DNA of 64,000 bases. It comes from Candidatus Shapirobacteria bacterium (GTDB lineage: Bacteria > Patescibacteriota > Microgenomatia > UBA12405). Below the pieces are notes generated by a model. That model was not told the DNA's origin, made no database searches, and saw only the letters and a list, made by a program, of their open reading frames with translations. Shown here piece by piece: positions 8,988-18,791 of this stretch. Location: positions 300,791 through 364,790 of the forward strand of contig JBAZTV010000001.1 of NCBI GenBank assembly GCA_041661765.1. Direction: 5' to 3'. Both the position numbers and the translations under genes were made by a program. How positions within the stretch are numbered: position 1 is the stretch's first letter; each line of letters starts with the position of its first letter.

Positions 8988-11078
8988 ATGTTTTCAGATT
9001 TTACTTTTATTATTTCTTGGTGGTTTTTAATTTTTACATTAGGTCTAGCTTGTATACCTCTAACTTTTACTTTATTTAAAAATTTTTGGGATAAAGGTTA
9101 TATTTTTTCCAAAACTATTTGCATTATCGTTTTAACTTATTTAATTTTTATTGGTGGTGTTTTTAAAATTTTAACTTTCACCAGTTTAAATTTATTTTTA
9201 ATCATTCTTTTAATTTTATTTTTTAATTTCCTATTTCTTAAAAGAAAAAACAATTTTTCTGTTTTTTTAAAAACAATTAAGGAAAATTATAAAACTTTCA
9301 TTTTTGAAGAAATTATTTTTCTTTTAATTTTAGTTGTTTGGTCGTTTATTCGTGGTTTTATGCCAGATATTGAAGGTTTAGAAAAATATATGGATTGGGG
9401 TTTTATTAATTCTGCCTTAAGATCAGAGTTTTTACCGCCTCAAGATATGTGGTTTTCTGGTGAAATTATAAATTATTATTATTTTGGTCATCTTATTTTT
9501 GCTGTTTTAACTAAATTAAGCACTATTAGTTCGGCCATTACTTATAATTTATCTATTGCCACCGTCTGTGCCTTAACTTTTACATCTTCTTTTTCTATCG
9601 CTTCTAATTTAGTCTTCCTCACTCTCAAAAAAATCGATTTCAAAAAAATTATCATCGCTGGTCTAATTTCTGCTCTACTTTTAACTTTTGGTGGCAATCT
9701 TCATACCGTTTATAAAATTACCCAAATAAATATTACCGATAATGGCAAATTAACCCTAACAAAAGAAGCAATTACTAAAGCTGTCGACAAATACTGGTAT
9801 CCCGACGCCACTCGTTTTATTGGTTACGATCCAGATGTTAAAGACAAAACTATTCACGAGTTTCCGATTTATAGTTTTGTTGTGGCTGATCTTCACGGTC
9901 ATATGAACGACATTCCTGTTATTTTATTTTTTATGGCCTTTTTATTAGCCTCGAGTTTTTATTCATCCATACTAATTAACAATCTTTTAGTTATTATTTC
10001 TGGTTTTATTCTGTCGATTGCCTATATGACCAATGCTTGGGATTTCGCTATCTATGGTCTTCTTTTTGCTATTTTCACTTTCTTTTTAAATTTAAAAAAT
10101 GATTCAAAAACAGCCATTAAAAAAACTTTTATTAATGGAATTTTAACCATTATTTGTTGGTTTATTTTTTCCCTACCATTTTCTTTAAATTTTACCCCTA
10201 TGGGTAATGGTATTAAAATCTCGGATAACCACAGTCTTTTTTACCAACTATTTATCTTATATGGTGGCTTTTGGTTAATCATTTTACCTTTATTACTTTT
10301 ATTTTCAATAAAAAAAATTAAAAGAAAAAAAATCAATTTACAAACCTCTGATATTTTTGTTTTAGCTATTATTATCACTGCTACTCTTTTAATAATTATT
10401 CCCGAAATAATTTATTTAAAAGATATTTATATATATGAGCATCGACGTGCCAACACTATGTTCAAATTAACCTATCAGGCTTTTATTATGTATTCTTTAG
10501 TTTCTGGTTATGTTTTTTATAAAATTCGGATTCTATTAAAACCTAAATGGCTTAATTCTTTATACGGCCTACTATTTGCCATAATTTTTTCTATACAATT
10601 AATTTACCCCTATTTTACCATCAGATCATTTTACGGTTCTCTTAAAAATTATCAAGGATTATGGGGATTAAATTATTTAAAAAATGATTACCCTGATAAT
10701 TTTAATGCCATTAATTGGATTAATAAAAATATTTCTAATCAATCAGTAATGCTCGAAGCTGTTGGTGATAGCTATACTACTTTTAATCAAGTTTCATCCG
10801 CCACTGGGCTACCGACTGTTCAAGGTTGGATTGTGCATGAATGGCTTTGGCGCGGTGGCTACGATAAGCCTAAATTGCGTCAAGACAATGTCGAGGCTAT
10901 TTATGAAAGTGAAGATATTGGTCGATTGAAACAGTTAATTCAAAAATATAACATTAAATATATTTTTATTGGCGATAAGGAATATGAAAAATATCCAGGC
11001 CTAAATGAAGATAATTTCAAAGAAATTGGTGGGCAAGTTATTTTTCAGTCTGGTAAAACTAAAATTTACCAACTATAG
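8988..11078 (+). CDS. DUF2298 / YYY-motif membrane protein
   Basis: 'EKYMD', 'PPQDMWFSG..INYYYFGH', 'HEFP.YSF...DLHGH', 'NTMFK'. Confidence 0.85.
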   Translation: MFSDFTFIISWWFLIFTLGLACIPLTFTLFKNFWDKGYIFSKTICIIVLTYLIFIGGVFKILTFTSLNLFLIILLILFFNFLFLKRKNNFSVFLKTIKENYKTFIFEEIIFLLILVVWSFIRGFMPDIEGLEKYMDWGFINSALRSEFLPPQDMWFSGEIINYYYFGHLIFAVLTKLSTISSAITYNLSIATVCALTFTSSFSIASNLVFLTLKKIDFKKIIIAGLISALLLTFGGNLHTVYKITQINITDNGKLTLTKEAITKAVDKYWYPDATRFIGYDPDVKDKTIHEFPIYSFVVADLHGHMNDIPVILFFMAFLLASSFYSSILINNLLVIISGFILSIAYMTNAWDFAIYGLLFAIFTFFLNLKNDSKTAIKKTFINGILTIICWFIFSLPFSLNFTPMGNGIKISDNHSLFYQLFILYGGFWLIILPLLLLFSIKKIKRKKINLQTSDIFVLAIIITATLLIIIPEIIYLKDIYIYEHRRANTMFKLTYQAFIMYSLVSGYVFYKIRILLKPKWLNSLYGLLFAIIFSIQLIYPYFTIRSFYGSLKNYQGLWGLNYLKNDYPDNFNAINWINKNISNQSVMLEAVGDSYTTFNQVSSATGLPTVQGWIVHEWLWRGGYDKPKLRQDNVEAIYESEDIGRLKQLIQKYNIKYIFIGDKEYEKYPGLNEDNFKEIGGQVIFQSGKTKIYQL

Positions 11079-11090
11079 TTAATCTTACCC

Positions 11091-13022
11091 ATGGAAGATA
11101 TTTTAGAAGGTTTAAACCCAAATCAAAAAGAAGCAGTTATCCATATTGGCTCTCCTTTGCTTTTATTAGCTGGAGCTGGTTCTGGTAAAACTCGAGTTTT
11201 AACTCACCGTGTAGCCTATTTTATTCAAAAAAAAATTGCCAAACCATCAGAAATTTTACTTCTCACTTTCACCAATAAGGCCGCCGAGGAGATGAGAAAC
11301 CGTACTAATAGATTAATTGTAGAGACGCCCCGACGGGGCGTCTCTACAACTGATAAAAATAATAAATCTTTATTAAAACAAAATATTTTTGCTGGAACTT
11401 TTCATTCTTTTTGCTGTCGAGTTTTACGTGCCGATGGCAATAATATTGGCATTCCCCCTAAATTTGTTATTTACGACTCAAATGATCAGGAAAATTTAAT
11501 CAAAAATATTCTTCACGAACTTGGCTTAACTACTAAAGAATTTAAACCTTCCAGCGTCTTATATTATATCGAAGCCGCAAAAAATTCTTTTCAAACTCCA
11601 AAAGACATGATTGCCCAAAGTCATGGTTTTTGGCAAGATTATGCCAGTAAAATTTATTCTCGTTACCAACAAAAACTATTTGAATTTCATGCTCTCGATT
11701 TTAACGATCTTTTATTTAAAACCGTTGAATTATTTTTACAATATCCAGATGTTTTGGCTAAATATCAAGATATTTATAAATTTATTATGGTTGATGAATA
11801 TCAAGACACTAATCAAATTCAATATCTTCTAACCAAACTTTTAGCCAAAAAATACAACCAAATTACTGTTGTTGGCGATGCTTCGCAGGCAATTTATGGT
11901 TGGCGCGGTGCCGATTATCGCAATCTTGTTAGTTTTACTACCGATTTCAAAAATACCAAAGTTATTAATCTTGAAGAAAACTATCGTTCCACTCAAATTA
12001 TTCTCGATGCTGCCAATACAGTCATTTCTAAAAATAATTCTCATCCAATTTTAAAATTATTCACTCAAAAAAAATCAGAAGATAAAATAAAAATTTTTGA
12101 AGCCGAATCAGAGGTTGCCGAGGCTGACTTTACTGCTTCCAAAATTAAATTTATTAATGATAATTTAAAAATTCCTTTGCGAAATATTGCCGTTCTTTAC
12201 CGGATGAATGCTCAATCGCGTGTTTTAGAAGAAGCCTTTTTGCGTCAGAGCATCCCTTATGTTTTATTAGGTGGGATTCGTTTTTATGAGCGTGCCGAAA
12301 TCAAAGATATTTTATCGATGCTTCGTTTTGCCAGTAATCCTGCAGATCATATTTCCGAAGAGAGAATCGAAAAAGCATTAGGCAAACGCAAAAAAGCAGT
12401 TCTAATTAATCATCTTGAAGATATGGATTTAGAAAACCTCACTTCACTTCAAATACTAGAATCATTGGTTGTAAATTCTGGCTATCTTAATAAATTTGAT
12501 GCTAAAGATGAGGAAGATCAGAAAAGAATTGAAAATATTAAAGAATTAAAATCAGTTGCTGCCGCACATCCTCAATTAAGTGCTTTTTTAGAAAATATCA
12601 CTTTAGTTCAACAAGAATATTCTCTTCAAGAAAAAAATAAGAAAAAAGAAAAACGCGACGGAGTTAAACTAATGACTCTTCACAGTGCCAAAGGTTTGGA
12701 GTTTGAAGTTGTTTTTATGGTTGGTTTTGAAGAGGGAATTTTACCTCACTCTCGCTGCCTAATTAACGAATCAGAAATCGAAGAAGAACGTCGTCTTTGT
12801 TATGTTGGTATTACTCGTGCGAAAGATTATCTTTATATTTCATATGCCAATAAACGTCTATTTTTCGGTAAAAGTAGCCTCAATGAACCGAGTCGATTTT
12901 TAGCCGATATTCCTCAAGAATTAGTTGAATTTGAGGAAAGTTTAGAAACCGTTCATGATTATCGCCATCCCAGAAAATCCAAAGACGATGATGACATCAT
13001 TTATGATCCCGATATATACTAA
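11091..13022 (+). CDS. pcrA: ATP-dependent DNA helicase PcrA/UvrD with in-frame REP insertion
   Basis: AGAGSGKT, TFTNKAA, VDEYQDTN, HSAKGLEF and YVGITRA motifs. Confidence 0.95.
   Translation: MEDILEGLNPNQKEAVIHIGSPLLLLAGAGSGKTRVLTHRVAYFIQKKIAKPSEILLLTFTNKAAEEMRNRTNRLIVETPRRGVSTTDKNNKSLLKQNIFAGTFHSFCCRVLRADGNNIGIPPKFVIYDSNDQENLIKNILHELGLTTKEFKPSSVLYYIEAAKNSFQTPKDMIAQSHGFWQDYASKIYSRYQQKLFEFHALDFNDLLFKTVELFLQYPDVLAKYQDIYKFIMVDEYQDTNQIQYLLTKLLAKKYNQITVVGDASQAIYGWRGADYRNLVSFTTDFKNTKVINLEENYRSTQIILDAANTVISKNNSHPILKLFTQKKSEDKIKIFEAESEVAEADFTASKIKFINDNLKIPLRNIAVLYRMNAQSRVLEEAFLRQSIPYVLLGGIRFYERAEIKDILSMLRFASNPADHISEERIEKALGKRKKAVLINHLEDMDLENLTSLQILESLVVNSGYLNKFDAKDEEDQKRIENIKELKSVAAAHPQLSAFLENITLVQQEYSLQEKNKKKEKRDGVKLMTLHSAKGLEFEVVFMVGFEEGILPHSRCLINESEIEEERRLCYVGITRAKDYLYISYANKRLFFGKSSLNEPSRFLADIPQELVEFEESLETVHDYRHPRKSKDDDDIIYDPDIY
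11317..11349. repeat. GTAG-type REP palindrome inside pcrA
   Basis: TTGTAGAGACGCCCCG-A-CGGGGCGTCTCTACAA, perfect 16-bp arms. Confidence 0.92.
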
Positions 13023-13031
13023 ATTATCAAC

Positions 13032-14075
13032 ATGACTACTAAAATTCTTACCATTAAAGACAAAGAAAAATACGACTCTTTAATTATTCATCCAGTTCAA
13101 ACCTGGGAGTGGGGAGATTTTCAAATTTCCCAAGGACATACAGTTTATCGCCTCGGCGTTTTTGATGATAAAGAAAAAATAATTTCTGCCTATTCTGTCA
13201 GTTTTCATAAAATTCCTAAAACCAAATTTTCTATTGGTACGATTCTTCGTGGTCCAGAAATCGACGATGAAGCCATCAAAGAAATCACCGAAATTGCCAA
13301 AAAAGAAAACGCCATTTTTGTTAAGTTCGAACCAAATATTATTCATAAAAAATTTGATAATTTTAACAACAGCATTCCTATTTTCAAAAAACCAAATTTT
13401 CAAAATCTCAAAAAATCACCCAAAGTTGCTTTTTACCCCTTCACTTATTTAATCGACTTAACTAAAAGCGAAACTGAATTATTAGAATCAATGCATTCTA
13501 AGACTCGTTACAATATCAGAGTTGCTAATCGTTATAGTGTTGAAGTTGAAGAACGAACCGATGATAAAGGTTTTGAAATTTATTTAAAACTTCTCCTCGC
13601 TACCACCAAACGTCAGGGTTTTTATTTACACACCGAAAAATATCATCGCGATTTATGGAAAAAGTTAAAAGACACTGGTATGATTCACATCATATTGGCC
13701 TCTTATCAAAATGAAGTTCTTTCCGCCTTTATGATTTTCAAATTAAAAGACCAATTATTTTATCCATACGGTGCCTCTCTCCATACTAATCGTCAAGTCA
13801 TGGCTCAAAATCTTTTAATGTGGGAAGTAATTAAACTTGGTAAAAAATTAAAGTGTAAAACTTTTGATATGTGGGGTTGTCTTGGTCCACACGCCAAAGA
13901 AACTGAAAATGGTTTCGGTTTTCATCGTTTTAAGCAGGGCTATGGCGGTCAATTAGTCGAATATGTTGGAACTTATGATTTAATCATCAATCCAATTTTT
14001 TATAAAATTTACAATTCTGCTGATAAAATTCGCTGGAAAATTCTCCGTCTTAAGGCAAAAATTCTAAGAAAATAA
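13032..14075 (+). CDS. FemABX-family peptidoglycan bridge peptidyltransferase
   Basis: 'HPVQTWEWGDFQ', 'RGP', 'KTRYNIR', 'YPYGAS', 'FKQGYGG'. Confidence 0.9.
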   Translation: MTTKILTIKDKEKYDSLIIHPVQTWEWGDFQISQGHTVYRLGVFDDKEKIISAYSVSFHKIPKTKFSIGTILRGPEIDDEAIKEITEIAKKENAIFVKFEPNIIHKKFDNFNNSIPIFKKPNFQNLKKSPKVAFYPFTYLIDLTKSETELLESMHSKTRYNIRVANRYSVEVEERTDDKGFEIYLKLLLATTKRQGFYLHTEKYHRDLWKKLKDTGMIHIILASYQNEVLSAFMIFKLKDQLFYPYGASLHTNRQVMAQNLLMWEVIKLGKKLKCKTFDMWGCLGPHAKETENGFGFHRFKQGYGGQLVEYVGTYDLIINPIFYKIYNSADKIRWKILRLKAKILRK

Positions 14076-14121
14076 AAAAAACGGGAAGCTTTTAAATCTT
14101 TTCAGATTCAAAAAACTTCCC
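14074..14121 (-). terminator. Long interrupted hairpin with U-tract on minus strand
   Basis: GGGAAG (14083-88) pairs with CTTCCC (14116-21), inner stem present; A-run 14074-81. Confidence 0.7.
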
Positions 14122-14128
14122 ATTAAGG

Positions 14129-14141
14129 AAAATCGGATTAA
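14129..14141. repeat. 3' arm of 13-bp inverted repeat bracketing the VanW/CWB2 genes
   Basis: AAAATCGGATTAA is the exact reverse complement of TTAATCCGATTTT at 16794-16806. Confidence 0.85.
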
Positions 14142-14828
14142 CTAATTATTGGGATATATCAGTTTATAAAAACTGACATGCAGGACACAATTTTTATCAA
14201 CATTACATTTGATGCGAATATCGTGGTCTTTATTATTTTTAAACTTATTATCGATGTTGCCATCCATATAAACTGTAGCATCAATAAGGTGTTGGTCCGG
14301 GTTCGTTGCAAAATAATAAGGCGTGTATTCATGTGGAGTTATTTCAATTTGTTTTAATCCAACTCTTTTAACTGCGGTGGCTAATCCAACTACAAGACGA
14401 CATACACCAGAAGAAACAACTTCAGTTATTTCTTCTTTACCATTTATTGTAATCGGCATACTACCATAAACAAAACCATTAGCCTCCGTTCTTGGTGCCA
14501 CTACTGTGTTGTAAGAAAAAGTTTCTCCTGATTTTAGTACATACTTATCAAGGATTTCCGCTGCTCGACGAGCATTAACTGTTCCTGGTTCATCTCTTAA
14601 TTTGATTTGAACTTCAGGGGCCATCAATACCTCTGTCGGGATTCCATTTCTATTTATTTGAGGTTCAATATTAACTTCTACTACTTTAGTCTCAGTCGTA
14701 ATCGGTACAGGTGTTACTGTTAATTTTATTGTTGTCGGTTCTTCTAATACTTTTAACACTACTATTATTGCAACAATAGTTACCACTATTACCATTACAG
14801 TCATTAAAAACCCCAATATTTTTTTCAT
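14142..14828 (-). CDS. VanW-family protein
   Basis: 'GETFSYNTVVAPRTEANGF', 'SGVCRL', 'PH', 'DATVY', 'KFKNN'; N-terminal TM. Confidence 0.85.
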   Translation of the reverse strand: MKKILGFLMTVMVIVVTIVAIIVVLKVLEEPTTIKLTVTPVPITTETKVVEVNIEPQINRNGIPTEVLMAPEVQIKLRDEPGTVNARRAAEILDKYVLKSGETFSYNTVVAPRTEANGFVYGSMPITINGKEEITEVVSSGVCRLVVGLATAVKRVGLKQIEITPHEYTPYYFATNPDQHLIDATVYMDGNIDNKFKNNKDHDIRIKCNVDKNCVLHVSFYKLIYPNN

Positions 14829-14849
14829 TTTACAAACCCCTTCTTTTTT

Positions 14850-16775
14850 TTAATCAGCACACAGTTCAACAAATGCATTAATTACTCTCTGAGGATTAGT
14901 TGATGGACTTGGTAGTTCTACTAAAGCTGTTCTTGGTGCATAATTCATTGCCCAAGCAGAGAAATAACCAGGAGCTCCAATCAGACCACCACTTCTTCCA
15001 ATTCCAATAGTGTTATTAAAATAACTACACAAATTAGAGGAGCCAAAAGTTGTTCCCAACCAACCATGAATATCAACAACATCTGTTGGTTTAATTTTTA
15101 ATACCAAATCTCGGAGAGCCCTTGATTCTGGTGCTGAGAATGGTGACAGTGTTTTATTCCTGGAATTGTAATTTTTTGACCAGTAATTACTAAAATCTCT
15201 ATTAAGGTCAATTCCTTCTGATACCTGGCATCTGCCTGGGCCATTATTAGTCCAACCATTCACTATTCCGTCAGGATTAGCACTACTAATAATAAACAAT
15301 GAGGTGTTTTCAAGTTCATTAGGATGAGCCGTAAAATAAGCAATTACCGAATTTCCGATATTAACTAATACTTGACCATCGTTCTGATAACCATCTTCCC
15401 AACCATGAAGTTCAAAAGTAGCTAGAACCACCTTTTTAGGATTTGATACCTCCATTGATGTCACATACAAAGGTCTTCCTTCTCCACTTTTTCCATATTC
15501 ATTAGTAGTGATTTTATAACCAACAATATTAATTATGAGCTTAATCTTTCCATTATAACCTTCGATACTTCCTTCAATATTTTTTTGGCCTGTCATACTT
15601 ATATCAACAGGTGAGCTCCAAACCACAGATTTAGATACCACCTCACTGTTGTAAAGTATTGCGGTCACTGTTGTTGGTAGTTGATAAGTTTGATTTTGAT
15701 AAACAGTTTCAATAATATCTGATATTGAGTAAACACTATTGTAATTTACCGAACCATTTAACAAACTTTTAACATTATTGAGCAATTTTTCAGAGACAAC
15801 GCCGCTCCCTCCCAAAATAATTAAATTCAGATTATTATCTGAATTTTCACTTAAATAAACAGCTGTTGTTGGCGGAAGTGTTTCTATTTTAGAATCAACC
15901 AACACTACTGGATCTCCTGTTTTTGCTGCCAAAACACTTCCTGTCAAGGCATCTGCAAAACTATTACCAGAGGAGATGTAGACATTTTTTGGTTTTTTGA
16001 TAAAAGTTTTTACAACTAATATATTAGTATCAAATCTGTCTTGTCCCGCTAAACGTATTACATTACTATCAGGAATAACCGTTTCTATTTCAGACTCCAA
16101 TTTTTCCGATATCACCGACGTTCCACCAATAATATAAACATTTGATGGTTTTTTTTCCGTCAAATAATTTATATTATTTATTGACAATTCATTCTTATTT
16201 GTCAGTAGGATAGGCCATCCATTACTTGCAGCAATACTTGAAATGCTCAAAGCATCAGGAAAATTAATTCCAGAAGCAATTACTACAGGAGTATTATTTA
16301 CGGCATTTAATTTTTGGATAATTAAAAAGTTTGTTTCATATCTATCAATCCCTCCAATCCTTTCAACAGAATAGCCTAAGTTTTTTAATTGAGTTTCAAA
16401 ACTAATATCAACTGCAACACTTCCCCCTATGATATAAATTGTTCCTTTTTTATTCATGTGATCACTAATATACTTAAAAGCCGTAATTGAATCTTGGATA
16501 TTACTTCCTATTAATAAAATTGGTGCTTGTATTTTTTTAGCAAAAACACTCACTGATAGTGAATCGGGAAAGTCATTGCCAGATGCAATAATTACATTTT
16601 GAACAATTTCAGAATTAAGTTGTTCTGAGATTAATACTGCAGTACTATACCTGTCTACCCCCGATATTATTTGTATTGATGATGCTTCAACAGTTGGTAT
16701 TGGTGGGAATGATGTCAAAAACATTACAACAAAAAAAACAACAGCCACATAGACCACTCTTTTAGTTTTAAACAT
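14850..16775 (-). CDS. Cell-wall-binding-repeat-2 protein with Ig-like domain and M14 zinc carboxypeptidase
   Basis: Three CWB2 repeats (G.DRY.T, F.DAL/DSL, ILL/VVL); M14 motifs HGWE, NPDG, DLNRDF, PESRAL, DIHG; SD AAGGGAGG. Confidence 0.9.
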   Translation of the reverse strand: MFKTKRVVYVAVVFFVVMFLTSFPPIPTVEASSIQIISGVDRYSTAVLISEQLNSEIVQNVIIASGNDFPDSLSVSVFAKKIQAPILLIGSNIQDSITAFKYISDHMNKKGTIYIIGGSVAVDISFETQLKNLGYSVERIGGIDRYETNFLIIQKLNAVNNTPVVIASGINFPDALSISSIAASNGWPILLTNKNELSINNINYLTEKKPSNVYIIGGTSVISEKLESEIETVIPDSNVIRLAGQDRFDTNILVVKTFIKKPKNVYISSGNSFADALTGSVLAAKTGDPVVLVDSKIETLPPTTAVYLSENSDNNLNLIILGGSGVVSEKLLNNVKSLLNGSVNYNSVYSISDIIETVYQNQTYQLPTTVTAILYNSEVVSKSVVWSSPVDISMTGQKNIEGSIEGYNGKIKLIINIVGYKITTNEYGKSGEGRPLYVTSMEVSNPKKVVLATFELHGWEDGYQNDGQVLVNIGNSVIAYFTAHPNELENTSLFIISSANPDGIVNGWTNNGPGRCQVSEGIDLNRDFSNYWSKNYNSRNKTLSPFSAPESRALRDLVLKIKPTDVVDIHGWLGTTFGSSNLCSYFNNTIGIGRSGGLIGAPGYFSAWAMNYAPRTALVELPSPSTNPQRVINAFVELCAD

Positions 16776-16793
16776 TTTGAACCCTCCCTTTCA

Positions 16794-16806
16794 TTAATCC
16801 GATTTT
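16794..16806. repeat. 5' arm of 13-bp inverted repeat bracketing the VanW/CWB2 genes
   Basis: TTAATCCGATTTT; lies between the boxA-like motif and the SD on the minus strand. Confidence 0.85.
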
Positions 16807-17025
16807 TTAAAGTACAACCAAGCTAACCTATAAAACTTTTTACTAAAGCGCAAGGATTTAGTTTTTTGTTTTATAGAAAAGAAAATTAAAGCTTAATAAG
16901 CTTTAATTAATTTTATATCACAAATCATATTAAAATTGTTATAATTAAACCTATAAATAAATCTATTAGTAATAATATTTATGAATTAGTTCATTTTTTT
17001 TATTTTAAATGTTTTAAAATACATT

Positions 17026-17325
17026 ATGTCTTTACCAAAGATTTCTATGGTCGAATTAGAGCATATTGCTAAACTGGCCAGAATCAATTTATCAGAATCT
17101 GAAAAGAATACTTTCTTGCCACAGCTCGAATCTGTCTTAAATTCTTTTGATGTTTTAAATAAAATTAATACCGACAATGTTGAGCCAACTTTTAGAGTCA
17201 ATAAACAATCAAATGTTTTTCGTCAGGATGAGATAAAGGAATCATTACCACAATCTGTCGCACTTTCCACTGCCGCTGTCACTAAAGATGGTTATTTTGT
17301 TGTCACCAACACTATCAAAAAATAA
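17026..17325 (+). CDS. gatC: Asp/Glu-tRNA amidotransferase subunit C
   Basis: 'HIAKLARI', 'FRQD', 'DGYFVV'; operon with gatA and gatB. Confidence 0.92.
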   Translation: MSLPKISMVELEHIAKLARINLSESEKNTFLPQLESVLNSFDVLNKINTDNVEPTFRVNKQSNVFRQDEIKESLPQSVALSTAAVTKDGYFVVTNTIKK

Positions 17326-17326
17326 T

Positions 17327-18790
17327 ATGGACTATTCAACTCTTTCTATTCAGCAAATTCGTCAACTGTTACTCGACAAAAAAGCCACAGCAACAGAAAT
17401 CACTAAATTTTTTATCGATCGTGTCAAAAATATTGACCCTAAAATTAATGCCTTTGTTACCATTACTGAAAAAGAAGCCCTAAGACAGGCAGAAATTTTA
17501 GATGCCAAAATAAGTAAAGGTGAGAAAATTGGTAAATTAGCCGGATCAATCATGGCTGTTAAAGATATTTATTTAACTAAAGACATTCAAACTACTTCCA
17601 GTTCTCAAGTTTTAAAAGGCTATATTCCTCAATATTCTTCCACTGTCTATCAAAAATTAATTGACGAAGATGCCATAATCATCGGCAAAACCAATACCGA
17701 TCCTTTTGCTTTTGGTGGTTCCACTGAAAATTCTGGTTTTTTTACCACTAAAAATCCTTGGAACCTAGATATGGTTCCTGGCGGTTCTTCTGGTGGTTCA
17801 GCTGCTGCCATCGCCGCTAATCTTTGTCATTTTGCCCTCGGTACCGACACTGGTGGTTCCATTCGTCAACCAGCTTCGCTTTGTGGCGTTTCTGGTCTTA
17901 AACCAACTTATGGATTAAATTCTCGTTACGGCATCACCAGTATGGCCTCATCGTTTGATTGTCCTGGTGTGTTTGCTAGAACCGTGACCGACATTGCCAC
18001 TGTCACTCAAATCACTGCTGGACACGACCCTTATGACGCCACTTCAATTAATCAATCAATACCTGACTACACTAAACTTTTAGACAGTGTCAATCTTTCT
18101 GGTTTAAAAATTGGTTTACCAAAAGAATATTTTTCCAGTGCCATCAATAGTGAAGTAAAAAATAAAATAATGGAGACTGCAAAATTATTTGAAAGTAAAG
18201 GATCCATTCTTAAAGAAGTTTCTTTACCAAGTACCGATTTAGGTCTGGCAGTTTATTACATTTTGGTTCCCTCAGAAATTTCTGCCAACATGGCTCGCTA
18301 TGACGGTATTCGTTGTGGTCAAACAATTTCTAATTCAGCTGACATAATTTCTTATTACATGAATACTCGTGGTCAATTTATGGAACCAGAAATAAAACGT
18401 CGAATTTTAATCGGCACTTATGCCCTATCTTCTGGTTATTATGATGCCTATTACACCAAAGCCGCCAAAGTTCGTACCTTAATCAAAAAAGAATTTACAG
18501 ATGTTTTATCCGAAGTTGATGTTATTTTGGCTCCCTGTTCTCCTACCACAGCTTGGAAAATTGGCGCCAAATGCGACAATCCTCTCGAAATGTATTTAGC
18601 CGATATTTACACTGTTTGTATTAATGTTGCCGGTGTCCCATCAATCGCCCTTCCCTGTGGTTTTGATTCCCAAAAATTACCCATCGGTTTTCAGTTAATC
18701 GGTAACTTTTTTGAAGAATCTAAAATTATGTCCGTTGGTCATCAATATCAACAATTCACCGATTATCATTTACAACAACCAAAAATATAA
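17327..18790 (+). CDS. gatA: Asp/Glu-tRNA amidotransferase subunit A
   Basis: Amidase signature GGSSGGSAAA and GTDTGGSIRQPAS; ATG at 17327. Confidence 0.97.
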   Translation: MDYSTLSIQQIRQLLLDKKATATEITKFFIDRVKNIDPKINAFVTITEKEALRQAEILDAKISKGEKIGKLAGSIMAVKDIYLTKDIQTTSSSQVLKGYIPQYSSTVYQKLIDEDAIIIGKTNTDPFAFGGSTENSGFFTTKNPWNLDMVPGGSSGGSAAAIAANLCHFALGTDTGGSIRQPASLCGVSGLKPTYGLNSRYGITSMASSFDCPGVFARTVTDIATVTQITAGHDPYDATSINQSIPDYTKLLDSVNLSGLKIGLPKEYFSSAINSEVKNKIMETAKLFESKGSILKEVSLPSTDLGLAVYYILVPSEISANMARYDGIRCGQTISNSADIISYYMNTRGQFMEPEIKRRILIGTYALSSGYYDAYYTKAAKVRTLIKKEFTDVLSEVDVILAPCSPTTAWKIGAKCDNPLEMYLADIYTVCINVAGVPSIALPCGFDSQKLPIGFQLIGNFFEESKIMSVGHQYQQFTDYHLQQPKI

Positions 18791-18791
18791 A

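Noticed and set aside
14129-16806. Transposon or invertible segment defined by the 13-bp inverted repeat
   Set aside because: No transposase or invertase nearby, no target duplication seen, and the analogous arms at other loci differ in sequence; not fully excluded without read data
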